Shown here: positions 19,409 to 29,300 of the stretch, piece by piece | Numbering within the stretch: position 1 is the first letter of the stretch | Layout of the letters: the number at the start of each line of letters is the position of its first letter | NCBI RefSeq assembly: GCF_008000775.2 | Contig: NZ_CP042905.2 | Span: 2,580,001-2,612,000, forward strand | DNA: 32,000 nt | Direction: 5' to 3' | Source: Promethearchaeum syntrophicum | Lineage (GTDB): Archaea > Asgardarchaeota > Lokiarchaeia > Sigyniarchaeales > Promethearchaeaceae | Translations under genes and position numbers: made by a program | The notes under the pieces: model-generated | The model's database searches: none | Seen by the model: the letters and a program-made list of their open reading frames with translations, nothing else | Told to the model about the DNA's origin: nothing

Positions 19409-20530
19409 ATGAAAAAAAATGTTGTTGTTTTTGGAGCGGGTCTTGTTGGAAACGCTATTGCGATTGATTTAAGTAAAAATCACAATGTTACTTCAGTTGA
19501 TATCAGCCCAGAACCCTTGGAAATTTTAAAAACAAAATATAACATTGATATTATGATAGCCGACCTTTCTAAAAAAGATGTTATTCAAGATATTGTAAAG
19601 GATTTTGATCTGGTTATAGGAGCCGTTCCAGGATTTATGGGGTATTCAATGGTAAAATCTGTTATTGAAGCGGGAAAAAATATAGTAGATATCTCATTTT
19701 TCCCAGAAGACGCCTTAAAATTGGATAAACTTGCAAAAAAGCATGGAATTATTGCTGTTACGGATTGTGGTGTTGCTCCTGGTATGGGAAATATTATACT
19801 TGGATATCATAATGCAAGAATGGTTGTGGATAAATATATATGCTATGTGGGTGGTTTACCGCTTATACGAGAGTGGCCGTATGAATATAAAGCCGTTTTT
19901 TCACCGATTGATGTAATTGAAGAATATCTTCGGCTTGCAAGATATGTAGAAAATTCTCATATAATCACGAAAGAAGCTTTGTCGGATCCTGAATTAATTC
20001 ATTTCAAAGAAGTAGGTACACTCGAAGCTTTCAACACAGACGGATTAAGATCACTTATATCTACTATGAAAATTCCAAACATGATTGAGAAGACGATGCG
20101 TTATCCAGGTTGTATTGAGTATTTACGCGTTTTACGCGAGAGTGGATTTTTTTCGTATGATGAAATTGATGTCAAAGGAAAAAAAGTAAGACCAATAGAT
20201 GTCACTGCAAAATTGCTATTTCCAAAATGGAAGTTAAAACCCGGTGAAGGAGATTTTACGATCATGCGAATAATAATAGAAGGTCAAGAAAACCAGCAAG
20301 AAAAAACATATAATTACAATCTTTATGATGAATACGATAAAGAAACCAAAACAATATCAATGGCGCGTACTACGGGTTATACTTGTTCAGCAGTAGCTAA
20401 TCTTGTATTAGATGGAAAATTTAATAGAGTTGGCATATCTCCACCAGAATTTGTTGGAATAGAGGAAGAAAATTTTAGATATGTTCTTAAATATTTAAAA
20501 GACAGAAATGTTAATTACCAAATCCAATAA
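19409..20530 (+). CDS. Saccharopine dehydrogenase-family (lysine dehydrogenase-like) oxidoreductase
   Basis: N-terminal Rossmann VVVFGAGLVGNAIAIDL, ADLSKKDVI...DLVIGAVPGFMG, DCGVAPGMGNIILG, GGLPLIREWPYEYKAVFSP; full-length pattern typical of the family. Confidence 0.85.
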   Translation: MKKNVVVFGAGLVGNAIAIDLSKNHNVTSVDISPEPLEILKTKYNIDIMIADLSKKDVIQDIVKDFDLVIGAVPGFMGYSMVKSVIEAGKNIVDISFFPEDALKLDKLAKKHGIIAVTDCGVAPGMGNIILGYHNARMVVDKYICYVGGLPLIREWPYEYKAVFSPIDVIEEYLRLARYVENSHIITKEALSDPELIHFKEVGTLEAFNTDGLRSLISTMKIPNMIEKTMRYPGCIEYLRVLRESGFFSYDEIDVKGKKVRPIDVTAKLLFPKWKLKPGEGDFTIMRIIIEGQENQQEKTYNYNLYDEYDKETKTISMARTTGYTCSAVANLVLDGKFNRVGISPPEFVGIEEENFRYVLKYLKDRNVNYQIQ

Positions 20531-20576
20531 TATCGAGAACCATCAATTTACTTCAAGACTTAGATTACAAAAAATA

Positions 20577-21461
20577 TTAATCTTTTTCGAGATCGGTTAA
20601 AAATTCTTCTTCACATTGAGGGCAAAGACCGTGACTAAATCTGATGTCAGAGTTATGAAGGAAATAATCTTCCAAATGTTGCCAATTTCCTTCATTGTCT
20701 CGGATTTTTTTGCATTTTGAGCAGATTGGAAAAATTTTATTAATATATTTCAGTTTGGAAATTTCTCCTGATTTTATAACAAATTTAATTATTTCTGGAG
20801 ATTTGAGAAACGAAATACTGAAAATAAAAGAACCTAAAGATAAAGTTAACATTTCTAATCCTGGCACATAATCGGTCATACGAAAAATAAAAAATAGAAC
20901 GGTAACAATTCCAAATAGAATACTGCTCCCGCAAATAATTTTCACAGTTTTTCTTAGATTCGGAGGTGTTCTTTTAAAAATTAAAATGAAATTATATAAT
21001 AAATAAGAAATTGTGATGGAAATCATAATTAAAAGCCAAATATTTAAGGAATTACCTGGCCGGAAACTTTTTTCTCCCGAACTTAATTCCAGTTCAATTA
21101 TACAGTTAGGATTAAAAAGACAAAAAATTACTCCAGTGGAACATACTCCAAAAATAAAAATTTTAACAGGATCTAATGAAAATCGATTGATCATATCTAT
21201 TACTAATATTCCGAAATAGGTACTGGGAATAACGGTGAGGATATGTATTTCAAAAAATAATTCAAATTCTAATAATAGCGACAACAATCGAGCAAGAATA
21301 GAAATGAACATCGATCCAATGCAATACATTAAATTTAAAAAAAATTTTATCTTAGTTGTTCTATATTCTTTCAAACTTAAACCAAAACTCAAAATTAAAA
21401 ATAGATCTGATAGAAGTAGAAGGATGATCTCAAAACTCCAATTTAATGAAATTAAAAACAT
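20577..21461 (-). CDS. Multi-TM membrane protein with C-terminal Cys-rich motif CSKCKKIRDNEGNW...HGLCPQC
   Basis: Several TM segments in the first ~240 aa. The C-terminal CxxCKKIRDxEGxW...SHGxCPxC pattern is a motif seen appended to bacterial/archaeal signalling proteins. Confidence 0.7.
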   Translation of the reverse strand: MFLISLNWSFEIILLLLSDLFLILSFGLSLKEYRTTKIKFFLNLMYCIGSMFISILARLLSLLLEFELFFEIHILTVIPSTYFGILVIDMINRFSLDPVKIFIFGVCSTGVIFCLFNPNCIIELELSSGEKSFRPGNSLNIWLLIMISITISYLLYNFILIFKRTPPNLRKTVKIICGSSILFGIVTVLFFIFRMTDYVPGLEMLTLSLGSFIFSISFLKSPEIIKFVIKSGEISKLKYINKIFPICSKCKKIRDNEGNWQHLEDYFLHNSDIRFSHGLCPQCEEEFLTDLEKD

Positions 21462-21565
21462 TATTAAGGATTAAATATCCTTTTTGCATATTAATAAATA
21501 TTCTCATTTTTACAGATAGAAATCTATAAATTTACAGTATGAAACAAGGGAATAAAACAGTTTTT

Positions 21566-22069
21566 CTATTTTGGATTTTCCATAAAAGGCAATTTCTTAA
21601 CTTCATACAAGTTTTTGGTTTCAAGAATGAGCTTTTGAAACGCTTTATTTAAAATCTGAAGAGTTTCTGTATTAATATTAGGGTGGCAACAAATTATATT
21701 TGAAACCCAAACTTCCTCATCCACTATAAAGATTGTTTCTTTTTTTTTATCGTTTATAAGCCCTAATGGTGAAACGGAACCAGGTTCTAAACCTAAAATA
21801 TCCATCAAATCTTCTGATCCAGCAAATCTGATTTTATATGCCCCCATCATCTTTCTAAATTGTTTCAAATCTAGGATTTTATTATGAGGAATAGTAACTA
21901 AATAGAAAATGCCCTTTTTTTTGTCTTTTAAGAATAAATTCTTGCAATGTGTTCCCGGAATATGTCCACAATGAATTTTAGCTTCAGGAACGGTAAAGAC
22001 GGCTGGATGTTTATGTAGAACATATTTTATTCTATGATTTTCTAACCATGAGTCCAATTCTTTATCCAT
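21566..22069 (-). CDS. YbaK/ProX-type aminoacyl-tRNA deacylase-like protein (PrdX/ProXp-ala-like)
   Basis: LHKHPAVFTVPEA...GTHCKNLFLKDKKKGIFYLVTIP...LGLEPGSVSPLGLIND...VDEEVW matches the family pattern. Confidence 0.85.
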   Translation of the reverse strand: MDKELDSWLENHRIKYVLHKHPAVFTVPEAKIHCGHIPGTHCKNLFLKDKKKGIFYLVTIPHNKILDLKQFRKMMGAYKIRFAGSEDLMDILGLEPGSVSPLGLINDKKKETIFIVDEEVWVSNIICCHPNINTETLQILNKAFQKLILETKNLYEVKKLPFMENPK

Positions 22070-22135
22070 AATATTAACCCCAATGAAAATTAAAAAAGAA
22101 ATAAAAAAGAAGAGTAATTCACCAAATATTTCTCT

Positions 22136-23218
22136 TTAAAGATTTCCTTCAATCTTTTCCCAAATATCAGCAACATCTAACGGTTCAAAATTGGGTTTTG
22201 CAAATTCTTCTTTGCAAACATCATATATTCCTTGATTATAGGGTGCTTTTACACCTACTTTATTGGCTAATTCTAAGAAATATCCATTAAAATAATCTAG
22301 CTCTGATTGATTTCCTTTATGTAAAATTATATCTTGTTGCATAGAATTCATTGGATAGTGTTTTACCTTTTTTTGAAAGATAAATTTAGAAATAGAAGCG
22401 GGTAATTTTGCACCTAATCCAACCAAACCCCATGAAGTCACTCCATCCATTGGATATTCGGAATATCCTGCAGCTTTTAATATTTGAACACCTTCATTAA
22501 GAACATTAGTAGTTATCTTGGCTAATGTCTTCATAGAAGAAATTTCTCGGAATTTATGACCTGCTAAGGTAAGAACACAATTGCCGAGGTTAGTAACCAT
22601 CTTGGTATGGATTGTATTTTGAAAATCATTACTAATTTGTGCGTCAAAGCCTTTATTGAAAATATTTACAATATTCTTCATTATCCCTTCAAGTTCAGGA
22701 TTTTTATCACCCACTGTTCCTAAGAAAAGAGATCCCGTTTTAGGCTTTCCTTCTTCTGGTTTTTGCCACGAACTAAATCCAAGCACTGAGGGAGAATCTT
22801 TCCAAGCGTTCCAACAGATAGTTCCATAGATAATTTTTGAAAAATACTTGGGTAATATCTTTTGGTTTTCTACTCCATTTTGCAAAGCTATTATTATTGG
22901 ATCCCCAAGTTTGGCTTTGATTTCTTGTGCTACAGCATCGAGTGAATAATTTTTTGTTGCTAAAATTACCACATCGGTATCTGGCTTTTCATTTAAATCC
23001 TCAATAACTGGAACGTTAATCTTTTGGATTTTATCTTTTTCTTCATTTAAGTAAATGTTTATTCCTTTTTCCTTTAATTCATTAGCAATTTCCTTTCGAT
23101 CTAGAAAGCAAACTTTATTATAATGAGGATATAACCATGCCCCTATCGAAGATCCTATTGCCCCCGCACCAAAGATCACAAAATCATATTCTTTCTCATT
23201 CATATTATTTCCATCCAT
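22136..23218 (-). CDS. 2-dehydropantoate 2-reductase-like (PanE/ApbA family) oxidoreductase
   Basis: FVIFGAGAIGSSIGAWLYPHY Rossmann motif, VVILATKNYSLDAV, IIALQNGVENQ. Likely true start at the internal Met (MNEKEYD). Confidence 0.8.
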   Translation of the reverse strand: MDGNNMNEKEYDFVIFGAGAIGSSIGAWLYPHYNKVCFLDRKEIANELKEKGINIYLNEEKDKIQKINVPVIEDLNEKPDTDVVILATKNYSLDAVAQEIKAKLGDPIIIALQNGVENQKILPKYFSKIIYGTICWNAWKDSPSVLGFSSWQKPEEGKPKTGSLFLGTVGDKNPELEGIMKNIVNIFNKGFDAQISNDFQNTIHTKMVTNLGNCVLTLAGHKFREISSMKTLAKITTNVLNEGVQILKAAGYSEYPMDGVTSWGLVGLGAKLPASISKFIFQKKVKHYPMNSMQQDIILHKGNQSELDYFNGYFLELANKVGVKAPYNQGIYDVCKEEFAKPNFEPLDVADIWEKIEGNL

Positions 23219-23427
23219 TATTTACTAATTTGTAGATTTATAATCCTATAGGATAATCTACATAGCTATAATATATATAATATATATAACATGATTAATT
23301 AATTAATTAAAAATGTGTTTAATTAAATCTCTTAAAAATTGATTTAAAAATTTTCAGATTCCAAATTTTTTGGAAAAAAATGATCAATTTTCAGAATTAA
23401 TGAAACATAAATTAAGGATTTTTAAAA

Positions 23428-23676
23428 ATGCCTGAATTATACAGAGATGAATCAAAAAATAAGCGACTTCTTCTCCAATTTGAATTCTGTAAAGGATGCA
23501 ATTTGTGTTTTGAAGTCTGCCCGGTGAAATGCATTCAAATGGGAACTGAATTGAACAATAGAGTAGTCTATCCACCAAAATATTTACCGATTGATGGAAA
23601 AGATTGTACTTTTTGCGAACAATGTATGATCGTATGCCCAGATTTCGCCATATATGTTGTGGAGGGAATGGAATAA
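23428..23676 (+). CDS. korD: 2-oxoacid (2-oxoglutarate):ferredoxin oxidoreductase delta subunit, 2x[4Fe-4S] ferredoxin
   Basis: CKGCNLCFEVCPVKC and CTFCEQCMIVCPD cluster-binding motifs; first gene of the korDABC order. Confidence 0.88.
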   Translation: MPELYRDESKNKRLLLQFEFCKGCNLCFEVCPVKCIQMGTELNNRVVYPPKYLPIDGKDCTFCEQCMIVCPDFAIYVVEGME

Positions 23677-24890
23677 TGAGCGAAGATAAATATTTAAAGA
23701 GAAGTGTGCTAACTGGCACTCATTTACTTGAAGGAAACGTAGCAATGGCAGAAGGTTGTATCGCTGCAGGATGTAGGTTCTTTGCTGGTTATCCAATTAC
23801 CCCACAGAGCGAAGTCCCTGAACATATGGCCAAAAGACTACCTGAAGTTGGAGGAGTTTTTATGCAGATGGAGGACGAAATAGCTTCCATAAGCGCGGTT
23901 GTTGGAGCTACTATATCTGGTAAAAAAGCGATGTCTTCTACATCTGGTCCAGGGTTTGCATTAATGCAAGAGACTCTATCATGGGCAAATTTGATTGAAA
24001 TGCCTCTGGTAGTTGCTGATGTTCAACGTGTCGGTCCAGGATCTGGAGTTGTAAGCCTCCCAACACACGGGGATGTCACACAAATTAAACGAGGGGGGAA
24101 TGGAGAATATGAAGTAATTGCAATTGCACCAAGCTCTTGTCAAGAATTATTTGATCTTTCTATTGAAGCTTTTAATCTTGCAGAAAAATGGCGGACTCCT
24201 ACTTTTATATTGAGTGACGCGTGGCTTGGACATATGAGAGAAAAAGTAATTATTCCTGAACCTGAGGAGATTGCAAAACGGATTGTTCCTCGGCCAAAAT
24301 ATGTTCCGAAAGAAAACGAGACCGAAGGAAGACCTCAAATATATACTATTGCAAAGAACAACTATACAGAATTTAACATTCCAGCATTTCCTCCTTTAGG
24401 ATCAAAAGAATTTCCATATTGGTGGATATCTTTAACTCACAGTCAAATTTCTGGAATGATTACTGAAACTCCATCAGTTGCAGATGATACAAACAAGACA
24501 ATTAATTACAAAATTTCGAAAAATGAAGCGAAAATTTCGATTGTCAAACGTTATGAATTAGAAGATGCAGAAATTGCAATAATAACCTACGGAACGCCGA
24601 CTCGAAGCTCACTTGAAGCTATGAAAATGTGTCGAAAAGAAGGAATAAAAGTCGGAATTTTAAGATTAGTTACCGTTTGGCCTATTGCAGAGACTGCAAT
24701 TCGTGAAGTCGCGCTTAAGGTAAATCAAATTATTGTTCCAGAAATTAATCTTGGACAAATTGCAGAACAAATAGAGCGTTTTGCGTTCCATGAAGATGGT
24801 AAAAAAATACCAGTTCATCGTATATCGCATACAGCGATACTTCACACACCAATGGAAATAGTTAAAAAAATCAAGGAGGTAATACAATGA
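23676..24890 (+). CDS. korA: 2-oxoacid:ferredoxin oxidoreductase alpha subunit
   Basis: FFAGYPITPQSEVPEHMAKRLPEVGGVFMQMEDEIASISAVVGA and PTFILSDAWLGHMREK. Preferred ATG at 23676 overlaps the korD stop (TAATG); the listed ORF start at 23604 is an upstream extension. Confidence 0.9.
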   Translation: MSEDKYLKRSVLTGTHLLEGNVAMAEGCIAAGCRFFAGYPITPQSEVPEHMAKRLPEVGGVFMQMEDEIASISAVVGATISGKKAMSSTSGPGFALMQETLSWANLIEMPLVVADVQRVGPGSGVVSLPTHGDVTQIKRGGNGEYEVIAIAPSSCQELFDLSIEAFNLAEKWRTPTFILSDAWLGHMREKVIIPEPEEIAKRIVPRPKYVPKENETEGRPQIYTIAKNNYTEFNIPAFPPLGSKEFPYWWISLTHSQISGMITETPSVADDTNKTINYKISKNEAKISIVKRYELEDAEIAIITYGTPTRSSLEAMKMCRKEGIKVGILRLVTVWPIAETAIREVALKVNQIIVPEINLGQIAEQIERFAFHEDGKKIPVHRISHTAILHTPMEIVKKIKEVIQ

Positions 24891-25747
24891 GTTATTCAGC
24901 ACCTAGAGGTAAGGAAAATATTACTCCACACCCATATGGTAAAGCTACACAAATGTTTAAGCTTATGGGGTTCCCTTTTACTATGTTTTGTAAAGGATGT
25001 GGCTATGGATCGGTTGCCCAAGCCATATGTCGAGTATACACAGAAGAAAAACTACAAGAAGAATTATATCCATTTATTGTTAATATTGGATGTTATAGCA
25101 GTATGCCAACAGTTTTACCAGGAAAAATATTGATGACATTGCATGGCAGAGGAATAGCGGTAGCTACAGGAGTCAAAATGGCAAATCCTAATATTAAACC
25201 TATTAGTATTCATGGAGATGGAGATTTACTATCTATTGGAACAAATCATTTCATACATGGTGCCCGACGAAATATAGATATGATTGTAATTTTATTAAAC
25301 AATAATATTTATGGAATGACTGGAGGTCAACATGCACCTACAACTCCAATGGGCTCGAAAACAAGCACAACCCCACGTAGATACGGAGAACAGCCGATAG
25401 ATGCAGTAGAATTAGCAAAGGTAGCTGGAGCGACATATGTTGCACGTTGGACAACAAATACGATGAGAGAATTTATGAAATCCTTTAAAAAAGCCATTCA
25501 TCGAAAAGGTTTTTCATTTATTGAAATAGTTAGTCAGTGTCCAACACAATACGGAAGTAAAAATGCACTTCCGAAAGCGCTAGATGGATTCAATTTCATC
25601 AAGAATAACTCAGTACGAATCAATAAAGCCAAAGATATGAGTCCTGATGAGTTGAAGGGTAAGTATATCATTGGGGAACATCTGGAGATTGATCGACCTA
25701 CTTTATGGGATAGAAAATCTGAACTTATAGAAAAAGCAAAGGAGTGA
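24887..25747 (+). CDS. korB: 2-oxoacid:ferredoxin oxidoreductase beta subunit (TPP-binding)
   Basis: FCKGCGYGSVAQAI, HGDGDLLSIGTNHFIHGARRNIDMIVILLNNNIYGMTGGQHAPTTPMGSKTSTTPRRYG; 4-bp ATGA overlap with korA. Confidence 0.93.
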   Translation: MSYSAPRGKENITPHPYGKATQMFKLMGFPFTMFCKGCGYGSVAQAICRVYTEEKLQEELYPFIVNIGCYSSMPTVLPGKILMTLHGRGIAVATGVKMANPNIKPISIHGDGDLLSIGTNHFIHGARRNIDMIVILLNNNIYGMTGGQHAPTTPMGSKTSTTPRRYGEQPIDAVELAKVAGATYVARWTTNTMREFMKSFKKAIHRKGFSFIEIVSQCPTQYGSKNALPKALDGFNFIKNNSVRINKAKDMSPDELKGKYIIGEHLEIDRPTLWDRKSELIEKAKE

Positions 25748-25752
25748 AAACA

Positions 25753-26331
25753 ATGGTTAGAACAGAATTAAAATTCGCAGGTTATGGAGGACAAGGTGTA
25801 ATTACATTAGCCTTATTAGCAGCAAAAGCTGCTTTAGAAGAAGATAAAGAAGTGTCTCAAAGCCAAGCATACACTGCTGTAGCCAGAGGAGGAAGTGTAT
25901 GGGCAGAAACAGTAATTAGCGATGAAGAAATCAATTATCCAAGAGCTATGGATCCAGATTTCCTTATTTTACTATCGGTTGATGCTTCAAAAAATCATAA
26001 AAAAGATCTTAAAAAAAAAAATGGGGTTTTTATTACAGATCCAACATCTTTGAAGAAATTTAAAACGAAGAAAACTCATTATCAAATCCCAGCAGCACAA
26101 ATAGCTATTGAACAATTTAAGATGCCAGTTATTTCAAATGTAATTCTTTTTGGATCGATTGTAGAAATTACAGGTATTGTATCAAGGGAATCAGCTCGAA
26201 ACACAATTGCGAGCACAGTTCCTCCTAAAACATTAGAAATGAACTTGAAAGCATTGGATGAAGGATTTAGATATGCCGAGCAATTGAAGTTAGAGATTAA
26301 AAAAGAACAAGCAGTTAACGTTACAGCATAA
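25753..26331 (+). CDS. korC: 2-oxoacid:ferredoxin oxidoreductase gamma subunit
   Basis: FAGYGGQGVITLALLAAKAAL...SQSQAYTAVARGGSVWAETVISDEEINYP. ATG at 25753 preferred over the listed GTG at 25744. Confidence 0.9.
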   Translation: MVRTELKFAGYGGQGVITLALLAAKAALEEDKEVSQSQAYTAVARGGSVWAETVISDEEINYPRAMDPDFLILLSVDASKNHKKDLKKKNGVFITDPTSLKKFKTKKTHYQIPAAQIAIEQFKMPVISNVILFGSIVEITGIVSRESARNTIASTVPPKTLEMNLKALDEGFRYAEQLKLEIKKEQAVNVTA

Positions 26332-26350
26332 TTTTTTTTAGTTTTTTTTT
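26332..26350 (+). terminator. T-rich terminator after korDABC
   Basis: TTTTTTTTAGTTTTTTTTT immediately after the korC stop codon. Confidence 0.45.
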
Positions 26351-26503
26351 CATCCTTTTATTCTTGAATAATAAAATATTTGCCTAATCTTTTTGAAAGT
26401 GAAATAATTAAACAAAATATTGATAGTTTTTATAAATTCATTTACATGAACTATAATTTTTCTACGAATTTTTATTCTATCCATAATTTTGAGTTAAACC
26501 AAT

Positions 26504-27748
26504 ATGCAGAACCTACAAAAACACTCATTTAACCGTATGGTCTTTACTTTAATGGTTATTAACTTCACGGAAATCTTAGGATTTAGTTTAATGATGCCAG
26601 TCTTACCATTTCTTGCTAAATTCTTAGGATTAAATATAGTTCAAATTGGTCTCCTGGGAAGTATATTTAGTTTCTGTCAATTTTTTGCAAGTCCGATTAC
26701 GGGGAAATTGAGTGATCGTTATGGTAGAAAACCTTTGTTAATCATAAGTCAATTGAGTACATTTACAGGATTTCTCCTTTTAGGCTTAGCCGATTCAGTT
26801 CCTCTTTTAATTATTGCAAGAGTTGTTGATGGATTATTTGGGAGTAATATGACAGTGATTCAAGCCACTATAAGTGATATTACTGAACCGAAAGATCGCA
26901 CTCGCATCTATTCTATCTCCTCAGGAGTATTTGGAGCAGGACTGATTATTGGTCCCGCCTTGGGAGGAATTCTTGCAGAAATAAACTATTCCATTCCAAT
27001 GTATAGTGCAGCTGCAATTTCTCTTGTCTCCATTCTTTTAGTAATTATATTCCTTCCAGAAACATATCATGGAAAATCTCAAAGTTTTTCATTAAAATTC
27101 AGCGATATAATTCCTACCAAATCTCTTTATAAATATTGGAAGAATCGCACTATTCGGTATCAAATAATTATGATGATCAGCTATACATTTGGATTTATGT
27201 TGTTTATCAATAACTTTACATTAATAGCCATCGAGGATTACAGTATTACAACCTTATATGCGGGATATTATCGAACATATATTGGGATCCTTCGAGTAAT
27301 CCTTCAATTTCTCTTTATAAATCGTTTATTATCTAAATTTGGAGAAAATAGAACTTTAGTTTCTGGTATAATAGCACTTATGATTAGTATGATTCTAATG
27401 ATTTTTTCATCTGAAAAATGGATGGTTTTCATCCCAATGACGTTTTTAGCATACGGTACCGGGGTAGCGCGCCCAATTTTAACAAGTCAACTTACTAAAA
27501 GTGTCTCCAAATCAGAATTTGCAACCGTTTTAGGTGTTAATAATTCTCTTAATAGTTTGGGTCAAATTATTACTCCCATATTAGGAGGCGCAATGCTCAT
27601 GTATCTTGGATCAATGTGGATTATGGTTTCTTCGATCTTGATTTACGTATTATTTCTCATTTCGAAAAAAAAGAGAGATATTCATATCAATGATATATCT
27701 CTAAAAAAAGATTCAATTGTACCAGATACAATAATTGAGCAATTCTAA
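26504..27748 (+). CDS. Major facilitator superfamily transporter
   Basis: FFASPITGKLSDRYGRKPLLI motif between TM2 and TM3, about 12 hydrophobic segments, GPALGGILAE motif. Confidence 0.92.
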   Translation: MQNLQKHSFNRMVFTLMVINFTEILGFSLMMPVLPFLAKFLGLNIVQIGLLGSIFSFCQFFASPITGKLSDRYGRKPLLIISQLSTFTGFLLLGLADSVPLLIIARVVDGLFGSNMTVIQATISDITEPKDRTRIYSISSGVFGAGLIIGPALGGILAEINYSIPMYSAAAISLVSILLVIIFLPETYHGKSQSFSLKFSDIIPTKSLYKYWKNRTIRYQIIMMISYTFGFMLFINNFTLIAIEDYSITTLYAGYYRTYIGILRVILQFLFINRLLSKFGENRTLVSGIIALMISMILMIFSSEKWMVFIPMTFLAYGTGVARPILTSQLTKSVSKSEFATVLGVNNSLNSLGQIITPILGGAMLMYLGSMWIMVSSILIYVLFLISKKKRDIHINDISLKKDSIVPDTIIEQF

Positions 27749-27986
27749 AGAGCATAGCTTTATTTTATCTAATAGAATTGCAAAATTAAATCAAAACTCA
27801 TCTTTACCTTCTTTATTATTGATAATGAAATAAATTTCAAATTTAGTAAAAATTTTTTTGAAAATATATTTGAAGATATTGTGCCAAGAAAAGAACGTCG
27901 GAATATATTATATTAAAAATTACACAGTGTATTTTCTCGATATTCTCGCCTTTTAAATATAAATTTTTATGAAAGGAAAAATGATT

Positions 27987-28622
27987 TTAAGCCATTTTGC
28001 TTGACATCAATTTAAGGGGAAGTCCCCCAAATAAATAGACTAAAAATTCAAAGAAAAATGATCCGTCAACAACTTGAATACCATTTATACGACTATTAAA
28101 TGCATCAATAGTATTTCCCATTAAGTTACCTATGGTGATCATTCTACAATGATTTATAATATCAACAGCTTTTTGATTTCCGTATTCCTTCACAAGATTT
28201 ATGACCGCTGTCTTTGAAGGATTTTCTTTACTTTCTGCGAAATGTTGTGCAAATGCTAGAGCAGTAATTTCTTCTTTTTTTAACCCTATAAAATCTAAAT
28301 CCAGGATATTTTTGATTTCTTCATCCGTACATCCTGATTCAATTGCCATTTTGGTATGCGCCCATTCACAAATTCTACAGCCATTTACTGCAGTTACGGC
28401 GAGCATGATTCGTTCAGAAAAATCATAGCTAATTCGTTTGGATTTCATTGTATCCATTATGATTCTTCTATTTCTTATTATAGATTGCACGGTTTTCATG
28501 AAAGAACGAAAATTAAATACTCTTTTTGTAAAATAGTGACTATTTCCATGAATTATGTTATAGGTTCTGTTCATTGGTTCATTGGTTAAACAATCATTTA
28601 GAGATATGTCGATTTCTTTCAT
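27987..28622 (-). CDS. Carboxymuconolactone decarboxylase / AhpD-like family protein
   Basis: ERIMLAVTAVNGCRICEWAHTKMAIESG: CxxC plus downstream His typical of AhpD/CMD proteins. Confidence 0.82.
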   Translation of the reverse strand: MKEIDISLNDCLTNEPMNRTYNIIHGNSHYFTKRVFNFRSFMKTVQSIIRNRRIIMDTMKSKRISYDFSERIMLAVTAVNGCRICEWAHTKMAIESGCTDEEIKNILDLDFIGLKKEEITALAFAQHFAESKENPSKTAVINLVKEYGNQKAVDIINHCRMITIGNLMGNTIDAFNSRINGIQVVDGSFFFEFLVYLFGGLPLKLMSSKMA

Positions 28623-28803
28623 ATTAAAATCACTTATTGATTAAAAGTACAAATATAGATAATTTTATCTGAAAAATCATAAATAAATTTTTTTTTTCTT
28701 TTTAAAAAAACTTCAATTTTTATGCAAAAATCATGTATTATCTAGATGTCATCCAATTACGTGAAACAGCAACTTTATTCTTAAAACCTACCTATTTTAT
28801 ACA

Positions 28804-28821
28804 TTAAATTTATAAATTTAA
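28804..28821 (+). promoter_or_regulatory. 18-bp perfect palindrome TTAAATTTATAAATTTAA containing the TATA element, upstream of the RHH/recombinase operon
   Basis: The sequence equals its own reverse complement. It ends 17 bp before the ATG at 28839. Confidence 0.55.
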
Positions 28822-28838
28822 ACTTCCTAATATTATAT

Positions 28839-29300
28839 ATGGCTAAACCAAAACCAAGTGAAAAAATGGATAGTATAAGATTTACGATACCTGAATCAGA
28901 AAAGAAAATCTGGAAAGAGTATGCCAAAGGATTAGGTTTTCCTTTAGCACGAATAATTAAAGAAACCATGAATCAAAGGATTAATAATTTTAAAGCGAAT
29001 TCATCAAAGACAGAAAACGAAATAATGAAAGAACTTCAAAATCTCAGTGAAAAAATAAATTTTTTAAATGTGAAAGTTGAAAAAAAGATAATAGAAGCCC
29101 CAATTCCAAAAATTGAGATTGATAAAGATGAAATCAGATCTCGAATAGAAATGTTCCTTTCAGAATTTCCCAATGGATTAACCAGGAAGAAACTTATTAC
29201 ATTTCTAAATATTGATTCTAAGATAGTTAGAAAGATATTGGTTGAAATGAAGAATGATAATATTATCTATAATGAAGATTTGAAATGGAGATTGGTATAA
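28839..29300 (+). CDS. Putative DNA-binding regulator: N-terminal ribbon-helix-helix-like domain, coiled-coil linker, C-terminal winged-helix-like domain
   Basis: MDSIRFTIPESEKKIWKEYAKGLGFPLARIIKETMNQRI (RHH-like); NEIMKELQNLSEKINFLNVKVEKK (coiled coil-like); SRIEMFLSEFPNGLTRKKLITFLNIDSKIVRKILVEMKNDNIIYNEDLKWRL (wHTH-like). Overlaps the next gene. Confidence 0.6.
   Translation: MAKPKPSEKMDSIRFTIPESEKKIWKEYAKGLGFPLARIIKETMNQRINNFKANSSKTENEIMKELQNLSEKINFLNVKVEKKIIEAPIPKIEIDKDEIRSRIEMFLSEFPNGLTRKKLITFLNIDSKIVRKILVEMKNDNIIYNEDLKWRLV

Noticed and set aside
23243-23254. Perfect palindrome ATCCTATAGGAT upstream of korD
   Set aside because: Only 12 bp and single copy. A chance palindrome of this size is not unusual, and there is no linked regulator.
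23262-23320. ATATATATAATATATATA and TTAATTAATTAATTAA tracts upstream of korD
   Set aside because: Simple AT-rich low-complexity sequence, likely promoter-proximal. No specific structure beyond composition.
23384-23796. Two minus-strand ORFs (111 aa and 70 aa) opposite korD/korA
   Set aside because: Antisense to conserved ferredoxin and alpha-subunit sequence.
28755-28770. Possible tRNA-associated att site for the integrase
   Set aside because: No tRNA cloverleaf or tRNA gene fragment was recognised near the module or in other intergenic regions, by eye only. tRNAscan-SE would be decisive.
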